DNA of 64,000 nucleotides from Lama glama (lineage: Eukaryota), in assembly GCA_028534125.1 (NCBI GenBank), contig CM052817.1, positions 45,820,001 to 45,884,000 on the forward strand. Reading direction: 5' to 3'. Each line of letters starts with the position of its first letter. Position 1 is the first letter of the stretch. Of the stretch, positions 38,701-53,700 are shown one piece after another. A program made the position numbers and the translations under genes. The notes under the pieces were generated by a model. It was given only the letters and a program-made list of their open reading frames with translations. It did not search any database and was not told where the DNA came from.

Positions 38701-41700
38701 CCAAGGGCCCAGAGATCAGGGGAGGCAGCACCTAGTAGGATAAACTTAGTCCAATGGGAAATGGGTGATGAAAGTGACTGGGGCAGATAAATTCCTCCTT
38801 TCTTCTGTGGGCTACTAGAAGACGAAGTTCCTGTTTGAACCCTTCACATGGCTCATGGATTAGTGAACATGTCACTTGTTTCTGTGTCTGTGGTTCACTC
38901 CTGGGCTGCACCCAGCATGATGGGTGCACACGTTGCATTGTTTTGTCTCCTTCTCTGCTTCCTTTCCTTTCATCTCATTCTCAAGGCCTGGAGCTTGTAT
39001 CTCCCCAATAAAGTGATAACCCCTTGATCTATATCTCAGGCTCTGCTATCCAGAAGACCCATGTTGAAGCGCTTGATGCTAGAGTATTTCTGCTGAGTTA
39101 AGCAATTTGTCTCCCTGCAGGAGAGAATTGTATTGAAAGCAAATAAATCTAGAGAGGGAAATCTATTAAGGAATTCTGTTCTATTTGGGGTAAAACAGTA
39201 GGAGGATACTGGTTTACAGGAGGGGAAAAGACAACAATGAAAAAGATAGGAAAGGAGTTAACAAAAAAAGATGAAGAAAAACCTCAAAGTCAGTCCGTTT
39301 CACAGTTTTTGTCTCAGCCACCCACATGCACAATGTTAAACAGCATTTTCACCCCCTAATAATTTTTTTCAACTCAATGTTAGACATGTCTTCTCTTTAG
39401 AATTAGAAAAGACTTTTTGTGTATAGCATACACACTCAAGATTCAGATGGGGACCCTGACGTTCAGTGTTGAGTCACTTAATCATAATCACAAATCTGGT
39501 AATTAAAAGGTACATTCAAGATTCAATTCCAGCTCCATTTGACTCCACATCTATCCTTTTCCCATTATTCTATACTGCTTCCTTCTAATACAAATAAAGT
39601 TTCATGGATTTTGCTATGAAATATTCTTCCAATTTCTGTTTATATTCATAAGTAGATACATTCTCCTTTGACTTACAGTTGGAGAGTCTAATGGGAAACG
39701 GAGTGTGGTTCAAATCCTGAAATAAGATTGATATGATATCATAGGAAATAACTGGATTTAGTAGACACAAGTAAAAGTTAGGATATCTAAGAAGATGTCC
39801 TAAGTAAGTTGTCGGAATACAGATGAATGGACATTTTGTGATAATGTTATATTTATTTTGAACATATAAAATGCACTTGGCTCTAAAAATGGAAAGTTCG
39901 GCTCAGAGATGAGGCAAATACAACATCTATGACTGTTTAGGTTGGTCACATTTGATCTTTTTAAGTAGTTGACCCAGCTGGTATAGGACTTACCTCAGCA
40001 GAAGTAGGAACTTTGAGACAGTAGTCATTCTCCTTGTCAAGCTATGTCTTTTTGAATGCTTGTATTGTTCCCAGTGAGTTCATTCCCCATGTTGACTGAT
40101 GGGGATAACACTTTTAATACACTATATAATTTTTAACTTGAGAATCTCAAAGTGCGTAAAAGTAAGTGGAGCTTTGACTCACTAAAGCAGAATTTGGTTT
40201 CTTTTCCTTTTTGTCCTTAATTTTATGAATGGAATTGATACTTAAAAAAACAGCCCCAGAAATAGGGACTCAATTTCCAGTCACTTAGTAAATCCAACAA
40301 ATCTAACATTATTTTGTTTTACTTTGTTTTTATTACTTGAATGCATCTGAGAATCCTGCAGGTCATGTGCAGCAGGGAAGCACAAATAATAGGTTGAATG
40401 AAAGACCAAGAAAACCAAAAGACTGTGAATTATTTGGATGACAGGTAAAATTCAACACAAGTGCAAAATAATTTTTAGGTGAAAATTAAAATGAAACAAA
40501 CAGAACAAAAACGAAAAGAACAAAACAGCCATCAATACACTGCTTTCCAGTAGTATAAGAGATTTAGGAGCTTCATTTTATTCTAAGCAGAATAAAACCC
40601 CCGTATTTAATGATATAGTTGGTTAAAAAGGGCTGATATGCAATGGGGCTGCATTATCAGAAATATGGTGCCCACAGTGTGGAGGCTAAGAGCCCCACTC
40701 TATTCTATCTTTGCCAGAGTGTATGAAATGATACTTTATTTTAACCTTGTATTTAAGGGAGGATGACAAGGCTTATGAGAGGTCTTGATGATGTCAGGTA
40801 AGATATGGTTAAAGGAATCAGGATGTCTAGCTTGAGAAAGAAATTCTTTCAGGAAGAATTGATATCTGGCTTCACATATATGAAGATCTGTCATAGGAAA
40901 GAGAGATTAAACTTATTCTATGTGATTCCAATGAACAGAGTAAAATTATAGGAAAGCAAAAACCAGTTCCACATAGAGAAGCATCTATGGAGCTTTAGAA
41001 ATAGGTGTTTAATTTTTTTTTTAATGAATGAATGAGTATGATTGAAGGAAGAGATGAATGGTCTCATTGAAATGGGCCTTAGAAGAGAGTGAAGTCTCTG
41101 GGCTGAAACTTTAAAGGCGGGCTTCATGAACTCTTCCAGGTGATGTTTTCAGGGCAGTTGTGTGTTGGCTGGTAGGAGGTTGAATACCTCTTTTTTCTAA
41201 GGTTCGTACTAATTCTGAAATTTAATATAACTTGTGACTCTTTTGAATGAAAATCTTATGTTTTTCAAATCTAAGTACCACATTTTATTTCACTTTCTCT
41301 AAAATACAATCCATGTGTATTTTATATACTAGATAACTTGAATAAAGTATGTTCCTTTACAAATTCTCTTGGTATACTGTTTCCCTTGATTTTTGTGAAC
41401 TAGATAACAGAATAGGCAGGGAAATTATGATCCAAATTTCTCTTGAGGAAAAAGGTCAGGATAGTATGTTAATTAGCTCAAGGTCATACGGTGAATTGAT
41501 GGCTAAGTCTGGTGATATTTCCACATGAGGATGGCACTTTCCCTAATAAATTTTTTTAAGAAGTAAAAATTTGAACCTTTGAGGCTATGCAATTAACTTA
41601 CAGGAAGATACTAAAAATGAAAGCTATGTTTTAGATAAAAAATATTAAAAGGGTTTGGAGGGAATTGCAATGATTCTAACCAGGGTAATTTCTTCCCCAA

Positions 41701-44700
41701 GGAAACATTTGGCAAAGTCAGGGGACAGTTTTGATTGTGACATCTCAGGAGTGGGCAGAGGAAGGGAGGTAGGATGCTACTGACATTTCATGAGCAAAAG
41801 CCAGGGATGCTGCTCATCACTGTACAATGCACAGCATCCCACAACAAAGAGTTCCCAGCCCCAAATGCCAGTAGTGTAAAAGCTGAGGAACCCATTAGAT
41901 GTTTCCCACTCGTTTTAGCCAGAACTTGGATTTCCTTGAGCAATGAGGTAAGATGTATTGCCTATAAAATACTTTCAAGCTCTTATTTTCCAAAGACTTT
42001 CCATTCACTCAAAATAAAGTTATATTTGCCAGAACTGCTAACTTTGACTGCAAAGGACTACATTGCAGTTGTAGAAGAGACCCTGCCTTTTGGGTTTAAC
42101 TTTCTAGCCTCTTCCGCTTCTGTTGTTAATCCATCCTTTACCTCTCTCGTACCTTTGGCATCTTCCTGTCAATTATCTTTCATATTAAAAAAAAACAAGA
42201 ACAAAACAATCCTCTTTTTTTCTGTACATATTGACTAATCTTGCATCTCTCTTTCTTAGTTCAACATCTTTGAATAATAATCTACAATTATTTGCACATT
42301 TTTCATGCTATTACTATTTTTCTAGCTAGATATTGTTAGTGTTTTTGTTGTCAAATCCAATGCATATACTTCAGTTCTTATCTTTAATTCTCCATCAATT
42401 CTGTATCAATTTTTATACAGTCGATCAAGTTCTTCAAGAAAAAAATGTCTTCTTAGTTCTGTAGCTCTTCCTTCTTTGTCCCTTGAACATCTCTGCCCCT
42501 CTATTATAATTTTTTTTCACGATTCCATCTTTAATCAGCTTTCTCTTTTTATATGGCTCTTTCCAACAGACCCACATCCATGGTATTAAATACCTGTTTG
42601 TTTTTCATGATTCCCAAATATAGAACTTGTAGCTTGGACTTGACACCAGAGTTCTAGATCTAATATCCATTTACTATCGCTAAATGAGCCATAGTCACCT
42701 TCAAAGAAGTGTGTCTAAAACTAGATTTCTCTCCATGCCTTAGGCAGTTTGGGCTTCTATAATCAAATAACATAGACTAGGAGGCTCGGGCTTGTAAACA
42801 GCAAACATGTATTTTTCATAGTTCTGGAGGCTGATAATTTCACGATGAAGGCTCTAGCAGATTCAATGTCTGGTGAGAGGCTGCTTTCTGGTTCATAGGC
42901 AGCATCTTTCTGCTGTGTCCTCACATGGCAGAAGGGACAGAGGAGCTCTTTGCTTCTGGGTCTCTTTTACAAGAGCCCTGGTCCATACGTGAGGGCTTCA
43001 TCCTCATGACCTAATCACCTACCAAAGGCCTGACCTCCAAATACTCAATGTGATGGTATTCACCTTTTGTACTCACCTCCATATGGCTAAACAGTTTGCT
43101 TGTAATGCTGTTCCTTGATTTGTCAAGTTTAGAATTTACCTATTGACTTTCTCTTCTAATTTCAATAGAGTCACTATAGGGGTGATACTCAAAACACTTA
43201 GGAACCAGCAGAGCACAGATGATGATTAACCACAACCACATGGTCCGTGTGAGCTAATTACTGGTCCTGATTTTATGACACATTTTTGTTAAACTATCAG
43301 TATTTACATTATTATGAGCACATATTGTTCACTGCTGAAACAAATGGTATACTATAATTATGTTGTCTTGCTTACACAGTTTTTGTTTTCTAAAAGTTGT
43401 TAATTGAAGTTTTAAAATTCATTTATTCCTCATTAAAAACTAACCATAGTCCTCACCTTTTCTGTGAGTCTTTGCTGCTAGGCAGAGTTGGTTCTGCACC
43501 CTACATTATTCCCGTGCTACCTCTGATGTACTCACCATGCTATGTCGTATACATTTCTGCGTCTGCCTGCCTTGTCAGAATGTGAGCTTCTTGAGGTTAG
43601 TGATTACCTCTCTTATCTTTGAACCTTCAGTGTCCTGCATCAGTGCCAAACACAGAGTGTCTAATACATATCTGTTGAATTATGGATGGAACAGGAATGT
43701 CCTTTCTCTCTGAAGCAGCCTTCAATATTGAGTAGATGGTCTTGTGAACGTTTCTCAGATTTCTGGGTTGCTCCATACAGATCAAACACTGCAATGCCTG
43801 TCAGGGTCTAGGCATTTAAAATAAATGGTGTGGCATGCCTGATGGGATCTGTGGCATTAAAGGGGGTGACCTGCTAGTAGGCTCCAGCCAGTTGTTGCCA
43901 TGAAAGTGTTTCAGATCTGTGTCACCAGACCTTCTGCTTTTTTAATACAAGCAGAAAAATCCAGGTTCTATACAAACTGTCATGATTCAAATTTTAAAAA
44001 CTATGCAGACCAAAACAATGGTTCTTCAGGGTTCATTTGGTTCATGACCACCAGCCGATGAAGGTTATTGAGTGAACACTCTCCCAGAGCCTTGAGCTTG
44101 ATGTCTGGTCTGCCTGAGGATGTCTCTACTCTGAGGGGTCCTCCCCAGGGGCTCACCCCAGTGGAATCCCTTTGCCAGCTGATGCCAGCATGTGGAGTGA
44201 GTCTTAGAAGACAAGGGCCTGGGCACAGCCTGCCAGAATGTTCCAAGGCCCAGGGAAGGTTTCAGTGGAATCAAGATTTCCTCTGTTGGGTAGAAATAAA
44301 GAATGATGTGTTAAATTATAAGTGACAGTGGGATGGAAAATAAGAAGATGAAAAATTGTATCTATGTGCTAAGCAATTTGTGTGCCTTTTCTTATATTAT
44401 TTAATTCAATTTTTACACAACCCTGAGAAGGAGATGCTGTCACCCTCAGTTTGCAGATATTGAATCTCTAGGAGAGTTAGAAGTTTGTTTTTTTTTTCAG
44501 TTTCCACCATTAGGCGAGAGAAACTCCAGAATTAAGGCCTCCTGATTATGCCCATGAAGAAAACCCATGTATGAGATTTTGAAAATGAGTTAAACTTGCT
44601 TTATAATAAAAAAAGAAATTGATTAAAAATTTCAACTGGAAATTGATATTGGGATCTTTGATCTTGATGTTTGTTTTGTTCATTTTTTTATAGATTGATC

Positions 44701-47700
44701 TAAGATTAGTCATTCTTTAAACATTTGTTGAATATCATTGTGTTCTATGTTGGGTACCAGGATTACAGAGATGAGTGATATACAATTTCTGGGCTTGAGA
44801 AGTCCTAAATGATTATTTCTGATGTATTCTAAGTGTGAAAGGAGGGAGCCAGGTATTGAGAGAAAAGATATGAAAAATCTAGAAATATAGTGGCCAAATT
44901 GCACTCTTTTAAAAATTGAGTTACTCTCTTTTTCTTGTTGTAACAAACAAAATATTCAAGTAGAAAAATTAGAAAATACATATAAGGAAAATTAAGGAAA
45001 AAAAATCTCTTTCTAACCATTGTGATCAACTGTCTATCTACTTACTTACCCACTTTTTTTGACTATTTATCTATATGGATAATTTTATACTTAAACAGAA
45101 ACACATGCAGACAAACACTCTCACAGACCCCACTACACTACTATCCCATAGTGCTTGTCTTACTGAAGAATATTTTGAAATGTTTGAAAATCATTTTTTT
45201 GTGGCTGAATAACATTTTATTGCATGGAAGTATTTCCATATATTTAATCAGTTCTCTATTGTTAGATATTTAGGTAAATTCTAATTTTTTATAGCCTATG
45301 TCTTATAGAGAAATTTGTAGCTAAGTCTTTTTATGTATCTTGAAGTATTTCTTTAGGACAAATTGCTAGAAATGAAATTACTGGATTTAAGTATTTGTTC
45401 AACTTTTGAGCTTTTAGCACACATTGTCCTCTAGAAAAGTAGTCCTAATTTACCCATCACTGATGGACATGAATTTCCATTTCTCTTCACTGTTTCCATT
45501 GCTAGTTACCATCCCTCTCTTTTTATTATTATTTTCCAATTCAATGGATAGAAAAGAATCTTTTTGAAAACTCTTGGCCTTTGAACTTTCTAGACTGTTG
45601 TTCTCTGGTTCAATACTAGCACTTTGTGTTTCGGTTACTCGGTTGGCTGATTACCTGCCTTAGTAGCTTTGGAGCAGTGTGAGAGTAGAGCATGTCCTAT
45701 CCACCTGTGTATTTCTGGGTGCTCGTGGATGTTTGTTGAACTGAGTTGTGTTGGAGGACATGCGTAGTTTAGAGACCTTGGCTAGACGTATAAATGTCAA
45801 TACAACCAGTGGACAAGTTATTCTATTCCTACCAGTTACATAATGATGAGTAATTGAATTGAGTATTGATTACATGTCAGCATTGTATTAAGTGCTTTAC
45901 ATACTTACCTAATTGAATCCTCACAACAGTGCTCTGTAGAAAACATAATAATTATCTCTATTTTGCCAATGAGGAAACTGAGAAATTATGAACTTGTCCA
46001 AGGTTCATGGCTGTAAGGTGGCAAAAACGGGTGACGAACTCAGGACCAGCTAATTGCCGAGCCATCTTATCTCCTCTCCTCTGCCCTCCTCTCCTTTCTC
46101 CTCTCCACCTTCTTATGATAGAAACTTAAAAACATATATATATAAGTAGAGAGAACAGCAGAGTGAACCAGCTTTAACAGTCATCAATATACGGCCAATC
46201 TTGTTTCATCTATCCCTTTCCCTCACTACCTCGCACGCCTCTTCCCTCGTTGGATTATTTTAACGCAAGTCGCAGATACATTAATTTCATTAATAAGTAA
46301 GAGACATGGACTCTGTTTTTTTTAAATATAAACCACAATATCATTATCTCACCTGAAACTATCTACAAGTCCTTAATATTATCTAATGTCCAGGCCATGT
46401 CAGATTTCCCTGGTTATCTCTAAGTGATTTTTACTGTTGGTTTGTTTGAATCAGGACCCACTCAGGGACTATACTTTGTATTCTGAGCTGTTCTAGCCAC
46501 AACACGAGTTCCTCTCTCCCTCATACATTTCCATGAGGCCTGTCCTCCTCAGAGACAGAGATACTTAGCTGGAGAAATGTGAAATTTTTAAATAATCCCT
46601 ATGAACTGAGTATCTGGTTTCATCTCACCATAAGGAAGCACACTCAATAACTAATACCTGAGAAATACTGGGTCTGTGTGGAATGGAGAAAATACATTGC
46701 CACACGGGGCTCACCATCCCTTCTCCCTGGAAATTCTGTGTATTCATCAAGTGGCTGAGAGCTTCCTCTATTTTTCTGCTTGTAGGATAATGCTGCACCA
46801 CATGCTATGGTCAGTTCTCCTTACTTAAGGAGCCAGGCCTTGTCAGATATAAATGATGCTGGCTTGAGAATTCTGTCTTGAGTCCTGAGCTTAAAATATG
46901 AGACAGGCTAACCTGTGGACGCCCCCTCCCCTGCCACCCCACGGCGGGATAATGACTTGGAAATGGGAGACACAGGCTTGTTATTTTCATAAATCGTCAT
47001 GACTTTGATGGCGTCTTTCACATCGAGCATGTTTTCATGTTTGTTTTGGTTCTGTTTGAATTTGAAGGTCTAGTGATCCTCCACTACGTCATTGCAGATG
47101 GGAATTCAACCAGGAGTCCTGGAGAAGATGGCCTTCTCTGTGGAGATCTCGGGGAAAACTGCCCAGGTAACACTCAACAAGTGATTTGTTTGTATTTTGT
47201 CAGCTTTATATTCAGTCTCAGAACAGTGATCTCCCTATTCTATTTTTTGAATTTCAGAGTTATTTATTATTTACCTTTTTAGTTGAACTATAGTCAGTTT
47301 ACAATGTTGTGTCAGTTTCTGGCGCACAGCATAATGTTTCAGTCATACATACACATACATATTCTTTTTCATTATAGGTTACTACAAGATATCTGAATAT
47401 ATCTTGTATATTCATATATACAAGATATATGAATATAATTCCCTATGCTATACAGTATCCACTTGTTATTTATCTATTTTATATATAGTACCTGCACCTC
47501 TCAAACTCCCAATTTATCCCTTCCCACATCCTTCCCCGTCCTTGTAACCAGATCTCCCTAAATTTTAAGTTGTTGACAATGTAGCAATCATAAAACTAAG
47601 CAGTGTTTTGAGCACATGCTAATGTACCAGGCACTGGGCTAAGTGTTTTACATACAGTAATTCATTCTCTCCTTGCAGGAACCCTATGAGCTGGATATTT

Positions 47701-50700
47701 TTTTACTCTATTTCAAGATGAAGCCTAGAAAGGAAACATAACTTGCCAAAGGCCACACAGTGGTATATAGCAAATCTGGGATTCCCTTTCAGGTCTTTTT
47801 GATTTTAGTGCTTCCAGTCTTTGTCATTATACTATATTGGGCATCACAGATGTGTGCTCCACCTCTTAGCAGGAGATCTCTGGGCTGGATCCATAGAAAA
47901 GTTGGCATATTCTATTCAAATTAAAACTTTTTTTTTTTGCTATTTTATAAGTTAAAAGAAGGGAAGAAGGCAACAATTTTTAAAATGTTTTACCTTAGAG
48001 TTTCTTGAAAAAGTATTCTCAAAGTCATTAATCTGAAGCAGAGCCAGCCTTAGTAAAGAGTCAGACAATAAGAATTTAGATTCTGTGGGCCATGTGGCCT
48101 TTCTTGCAACTACTCACCTCTGCGATTGTGCTATGAAAGTAACCATAGGCGCTATGCAGATGAATGGCCTTGGATATCTTCCAATAAAACTTTACTTAGA
48201 GGAACAGACTGTGAGCCAGATTTGGCTATTGTACCATAGTTTGTTGATTCCTGGTCTAAGGTTCTGCCTGTCCTTTATAGATTGTGTGCTCTGGTCTCCT
48301 ACAGGAGTTGTTTCTTGTTTTAAAACAAAACACAACACAGGACAATTCCAAAAGTAGGACAGAGTGGAGAAGAGCCTCCTGTGTTCCCTGGAAGTCTATC
48401 TGAGCTGGGAGTGTGGTGACTTGGGGTTAAGTGCTCTTTTCCTAGCACCTTGGGGACATTGTAACTGAGCCAGGAACACGCTGATCAAGTTGTCCTGATG
48501 TGAGTCACCAGCTCCAGCCCAGTTTTACTCTATCCTCCCTCACACTTGTGGGTGGTCTGGGGAGCACCCATAGCCTGTGGTATCCATCGCTGTCTGAGGT
48601 CTTGCTTGTATGGGTCTTGTTACCCCTGTAGTCAGAAGGACAAAGCCAACTTTATGTGTCTGTGTGCTTTTCTTCAGTCTGGTTTCAAATGTCTTAAACA
48701 ATGGCATTTTCACATTTCCTTTGGGAGATCATTCCATAATCTGACATGGACAGTGTTAAAAAGTCTTCTTCCTCATTATCCTAAATGTATTTTGTAATGT
48801 TTTTATTGTAGTAAGAACATTTGACATGGAACCTACCTTTTAACAAAAATTTAAGTGTAGAATACAGCATTCTTAACTATAGGCATCTGAGGTTTCACAA
48901 CAGATCTCTGGAAATGATTCATCTTATATAACTAAAATTTATAGCCATTGAACAACAGCTCCTTTTTTCCTCTCCCCAATAGTCCCTGGTAGCCACCACT
49001 CTACTCTCTGCTTCTGTGCATCTGGCTATTTAGGTAACTCATGTAAGTGAAGTCATGTATTGTTTTGCCTTCTGTGACTGGCTTATTTCACTTAGCATAA
49101 TGTCCTCCAGATTTATCCATGTGGCTACATATTGTGAGATTTTCTTTTTTTAAGACTGTGTAATATTCATTATCTATATATACCACATTTTCTTTATCCG
49201 TTCATCTCTTAGTGAATATTTAGCTTGTTTCCACAACATGGCTGTTGTGAATTATGCTACAATAAACACGGGAGTGCAACTTTCTCTTTGAGACCCTGAT
49301 TTCAGTTCTTTTGGATATATACCCAGAAGCCATGTTGCTGGATGATATGATTGCCCCATTTAAAATTTGTGGAATAAACACCATACTATTTTCCATAGAG
49401 GCTATAGGTTGCCTTTTCAGTCTCTTAATTGTTTCTTTCCTGTGCAGAAGATTTTTAGTTTGTTTAAGGTCACAGGTAAGTGGAGTAGCCTGACATGAAT
49501 TTGGAGAGACCTGGCTCTAGAATGTGTGTTGTTAATTTCCATGCTAAAGTCTTAGAATATGTTGGGAGATGAGAATGCCGTATAAATGGGGGAAATTCTG
49601 AAAAATAATTGCTTAAAAGTCCAAATAAGGACAGTAGCTTCTAGAAAGAGGAATTAGTGTGAAGTGGGAGCAGATTGTTTCTGTTGAGTGACTGTGTGAC
49701 CTTGAGCAAGTCACTTAAGTTTTCAGAGACTTAGCTTGCAACCTGTAAAATAAAGAACTGCATTAGATGATCTTTAGGAATCCTTCCTGTTTCTAAATGA
49801 CTTCAGGATTTTGTTTTCAGATAGCCCAATCTTTAAGCATTCTGTTTTTACTTTTCTATTTTCTATCTTGAGACACTGATTCATTCTGCCAGTACTTATG
49901 AGCACATAATACACAGGAGGTCCTGTTCCGTGTGCCAAGGATGCAACAATGAACAAAATAGTTAAAGGTGAGGTCAGAGAAGCAATGGGAAAAGAGAGGT
50001 AGATGCCATTTACTGAGATGAGGAAATATCCCATTCGAGGGGGAAGATCTCTTGCTCCATTTTGGAAGTTAGGTTGAAATGCCAGTTAGATGTTAGGAAC
50101 AGCTGGCATTGAGGGAAGAAATTTGGGATAGAAGCAAAGTTGAGCATTGTAACCAGTAAGGTGTTTGAGGCCAGGAAACACTGAGCGAGGAGGCATGGAG
50201 AGGAGAAGAGATAAGAAAACATTGAGCCTCACTGCACTGCAAAATTTAGAGGTTTGGGGAGTTGAGGTGGAACCAGCAAGGGAGAATGAACAAAGGAGGC
50301 ATCACATGCATTCTCGAAAAACAAAATAAAATAGTTTTTTTCCTGTCCGTTCGTCTTTGTCTCCTAGCCTTGAATAATTTTAAATACAGGAAATACACTC
50401 AAACCTTAACCCTTTTTTCCTTTCTTTAAAGAGCTAGAAGGAAAAGTGCAGCCCTAAGTGAAGGTCCACTCCTGTAAGCTCAGAAATGGTTGGCACAGTC
50501 CTTCTGGCGAAAAGACCTACTGATCAGGCCTGACTGGTGCCCTGTGTAAGTGTTTCCTAGTAGCCTGGGAGGGTAACAAGTGTGTCTGTGAGACTTATTT
50601 TTCTTTTCCTGGAGAGACAGACCCATTCACATTTTTACAGGAAATGGCATTGAATGTAAGACAAATGGAAATCCTCAATTACAATATATCATCCAATTTT

Positions 50701-53700
50701 GCACTTTTTCAAGGACATCATGAATTTACATTCCCCTGTCTCAAGGAGCTAGTTGGCAAGATAAGAAGGAAAATTAAGTTAAAAAATATAAAACTTTCTT
50801 CTTCCCCTCTTGGCTTAAGAAGGTTGTAAGAAGAAACTCCTCTTTGGGAAGATGCCTGGAAGCCAAGAACTAGAATATTAGACACTTAGGCTCTACTTCA
50901 TAGACTAAGAGGAAACTTTTCTCCAAACTTTGCTGCTACCATTTAACTCTTCTGTGTTACTACCCCCCCCCCCCTTTTTAGATCAGATATCTGTTTGGGA
51001 AGATAAATTTATAGATATTTGTTTTCCTTTTTCTCTCTGTTAACACTTGTGAGACTTATAGCTAAAAATTTGGTATCCCTTTTTAATCTCTTACACAGAG
51101 ATCTAACTATGTAGCTAACTAAATTTTAGAAATACAAGAGATTATAAACATTGTAATGAGATTTACCAAAAAAAAGTATTGTAATAATAATTGTATATTA
51201 CCCTTAGAATGGATTTCAGAAGGGTTCCTGATATTAATATCATTTACAAAATTACTACATAGATTTTAATGAACATTATTCTAGTAAGTGAAGGAAGCTT
51301 TTATGAAAAATAAACCTAGTATATCAATGGTGAAGGCTTTTAATCACATGGCTTGGGAATAAGAATCATGCACAAAAAGACTAAGAAATCACACTGTTTA
51401 ATCAAAGCCTCCAGCAAATTAAGGAAAATTCCATATTTAAAACAAGTCATTTAGGTGTTTGCTATGTTCCTCCACTTCAGTTTGGTGCAGAAGAATCCAT
51501 CACATCTCACCTATCTATGTGACCTAAGGAGGGTGACCACTTCTTGTCTATCTGCCCATGCTATCAAAGGAAGATGTTCTTGCTTCTGATCCCTTTCACC
51601 AACTCTTAGAAACAAACTTCAACATCAGTGACCTGCAGTAGCCCTTGTGATTTCTTATTTTATTGGCTTTAGCATCTTTGAAATGCAGCATCTCATGAAG
51701 GGTGTCTAAGATGTTAATCGTAGTGCCCATCCACTTACGAGATGGTGTTGTGATCTGGCCCACTAGTGCATGTAGTTTGCCTGTGCAGTTTTATGAGACA
51801 GTCTTACTCTGTCCCATACATTGTTTTGATTTTGGGAATGTGGGCTGGAAAAGAGTAAGGTGGGAGGGAAAAAGATCAATTAAGTTTCACCATCCCCAGG
51901 ATCAGGGGAATCTTCACAGCTCTCACATTTTTAAGACCATGCAGTTCACTTCTTAACAGAAAAACACAATACGGTGGACTAATCATTCTTTTGCCATAGG
52001 ATTAACTTTTCCCTTTTCTTGATAAACATCTCTGGGATGGAAGGGTAGATTTTGCCATCCCGTCCCCTGTGTCATCGGGTCTCTTGATAGGCAGAAAATG
52101 TTAGATTTCACAGTTGTTCAATTTTCAGATAAAGTGATCTTGATGAATATTAAATGAAAGCAACTGGAATTTTAGGTGCATTTTGAAAGGGGGAATGCTG
52201 ATAAGCCTTCTCATTTCCATGAGAGAGGAAGAGAGGATCCCATCTGGTTTGGGGGGTGGTGTGCAGGATGTGTGATTCATTTTTCTTCCAGGTTTTAAAT
52301 TTCCATAGAGAAATCACAGGTCATTTTCTGCTTGGTGGCATGGAAGGGTTTTTAAATCCAAATAACGCTGGGAATATTTAAAGGCATGCTTATTTGGCAA
52401 AGGAGAGAGTTCTGTGAGCAATCAAAACAGGGCCTGGCAACCATTTCCCTGGCATGGATTTGTGTTGCTTGGATGAACCGAGGCTGATCAAATCACTGCA
52501 TCCAGCAGCTGCTGGTTAAGGCACTTCTTGGTGTCATGCTCTGTGTGGTGTTTATTAAAAGACTGGCTACATTTAAAGGGGCACGGCAGCCAGAGAAATT
52601 AGTAAAGTACAAGATACAGAGCCATGTGGCTTATATTTAAAGTCAGGTGTACTTTGCAAAGTAGAAAAGACTTTTCTGGAGCACAGCAGATCTGTCAGTA
52701 CTGCTTCTTAAATTCATCTCCTCGCCCTTCATTCCCCTGTCCCTGGCTCATATCCTGTGTGTCTGTGTGGCTCAGGTGTGCCTTGGATTCCTCCTCCCCT
52801 CCTTGACATCTTCCTACTTTAATCCATTCTGCACTTTCTTACCTAAGACACTGATAAAATGCTTCACAGTTTAGTTTTTGCATATACCATTTCTCTAGAA
52901 TTGCCAGGATTTTCAAGATTCTCATTATTGTCCCAGGCACTTTGCTAGGAATTTCCACATGTATTTTTGACTTGAGCCTCTCAACCACCTTGTAAGGTAG
53001 ATGTTATCATCTTCAATTTCCAGATGATGAAACTGAGGCTCAGACAGCTTAATTAGCTTGTCTGGACCCAGAGGGCCGGTTAAAGGCAGAGCTGAAAATG
53101 AAACACTAATTTCCTTTTCCTAATCCACTGTTTTCCCCACCATTTCGTTTCCAGTGTCTCACAACTGTTTGTGTGGTTTCTATGGCTGTTTTTACTAGTT
53201 GGTCGCTTATTATTGACTTTAATTTGCTCCGTTGTAAATACCAATGTAGAGAGTTAGATAGGCTATCCCTTATCTCTTTGATGTTTTCCAGTGCCTACTA
53301 CAGAGCTCTGGAAAGAGGAAGTACTTGACCAGTGGAATTTGACTGATCGATTTTTTTTGCCAAAGTACACAGATCTTTGCCTCTGAGTCATGTTGCAGTT
53401 TTTCCTGGGAGAAATTTCAATGAGTCCCGTTGATTGGCATGCATGGGAACAAATATCTGGCACATACAAGGAGTCAGCATCGCTGGTTATCAAGTCAGCT
53501 ATCAAAACCAGGTCAGCCAGCTCCTCTGCAACACTCTGACCCCCTCTGAAACCCTATGACCTGGCATCACAGGAATCTGCTGTGTATAGATCACTCAGAT
53601 TTCTTTGCGATTCCTCTTACTGGTGGCCCTGGACAATCATATATACTCATGTCATAATATTAATTAAGTTGTTTAGTAGTCATTGCTGTTAATAAAATGA

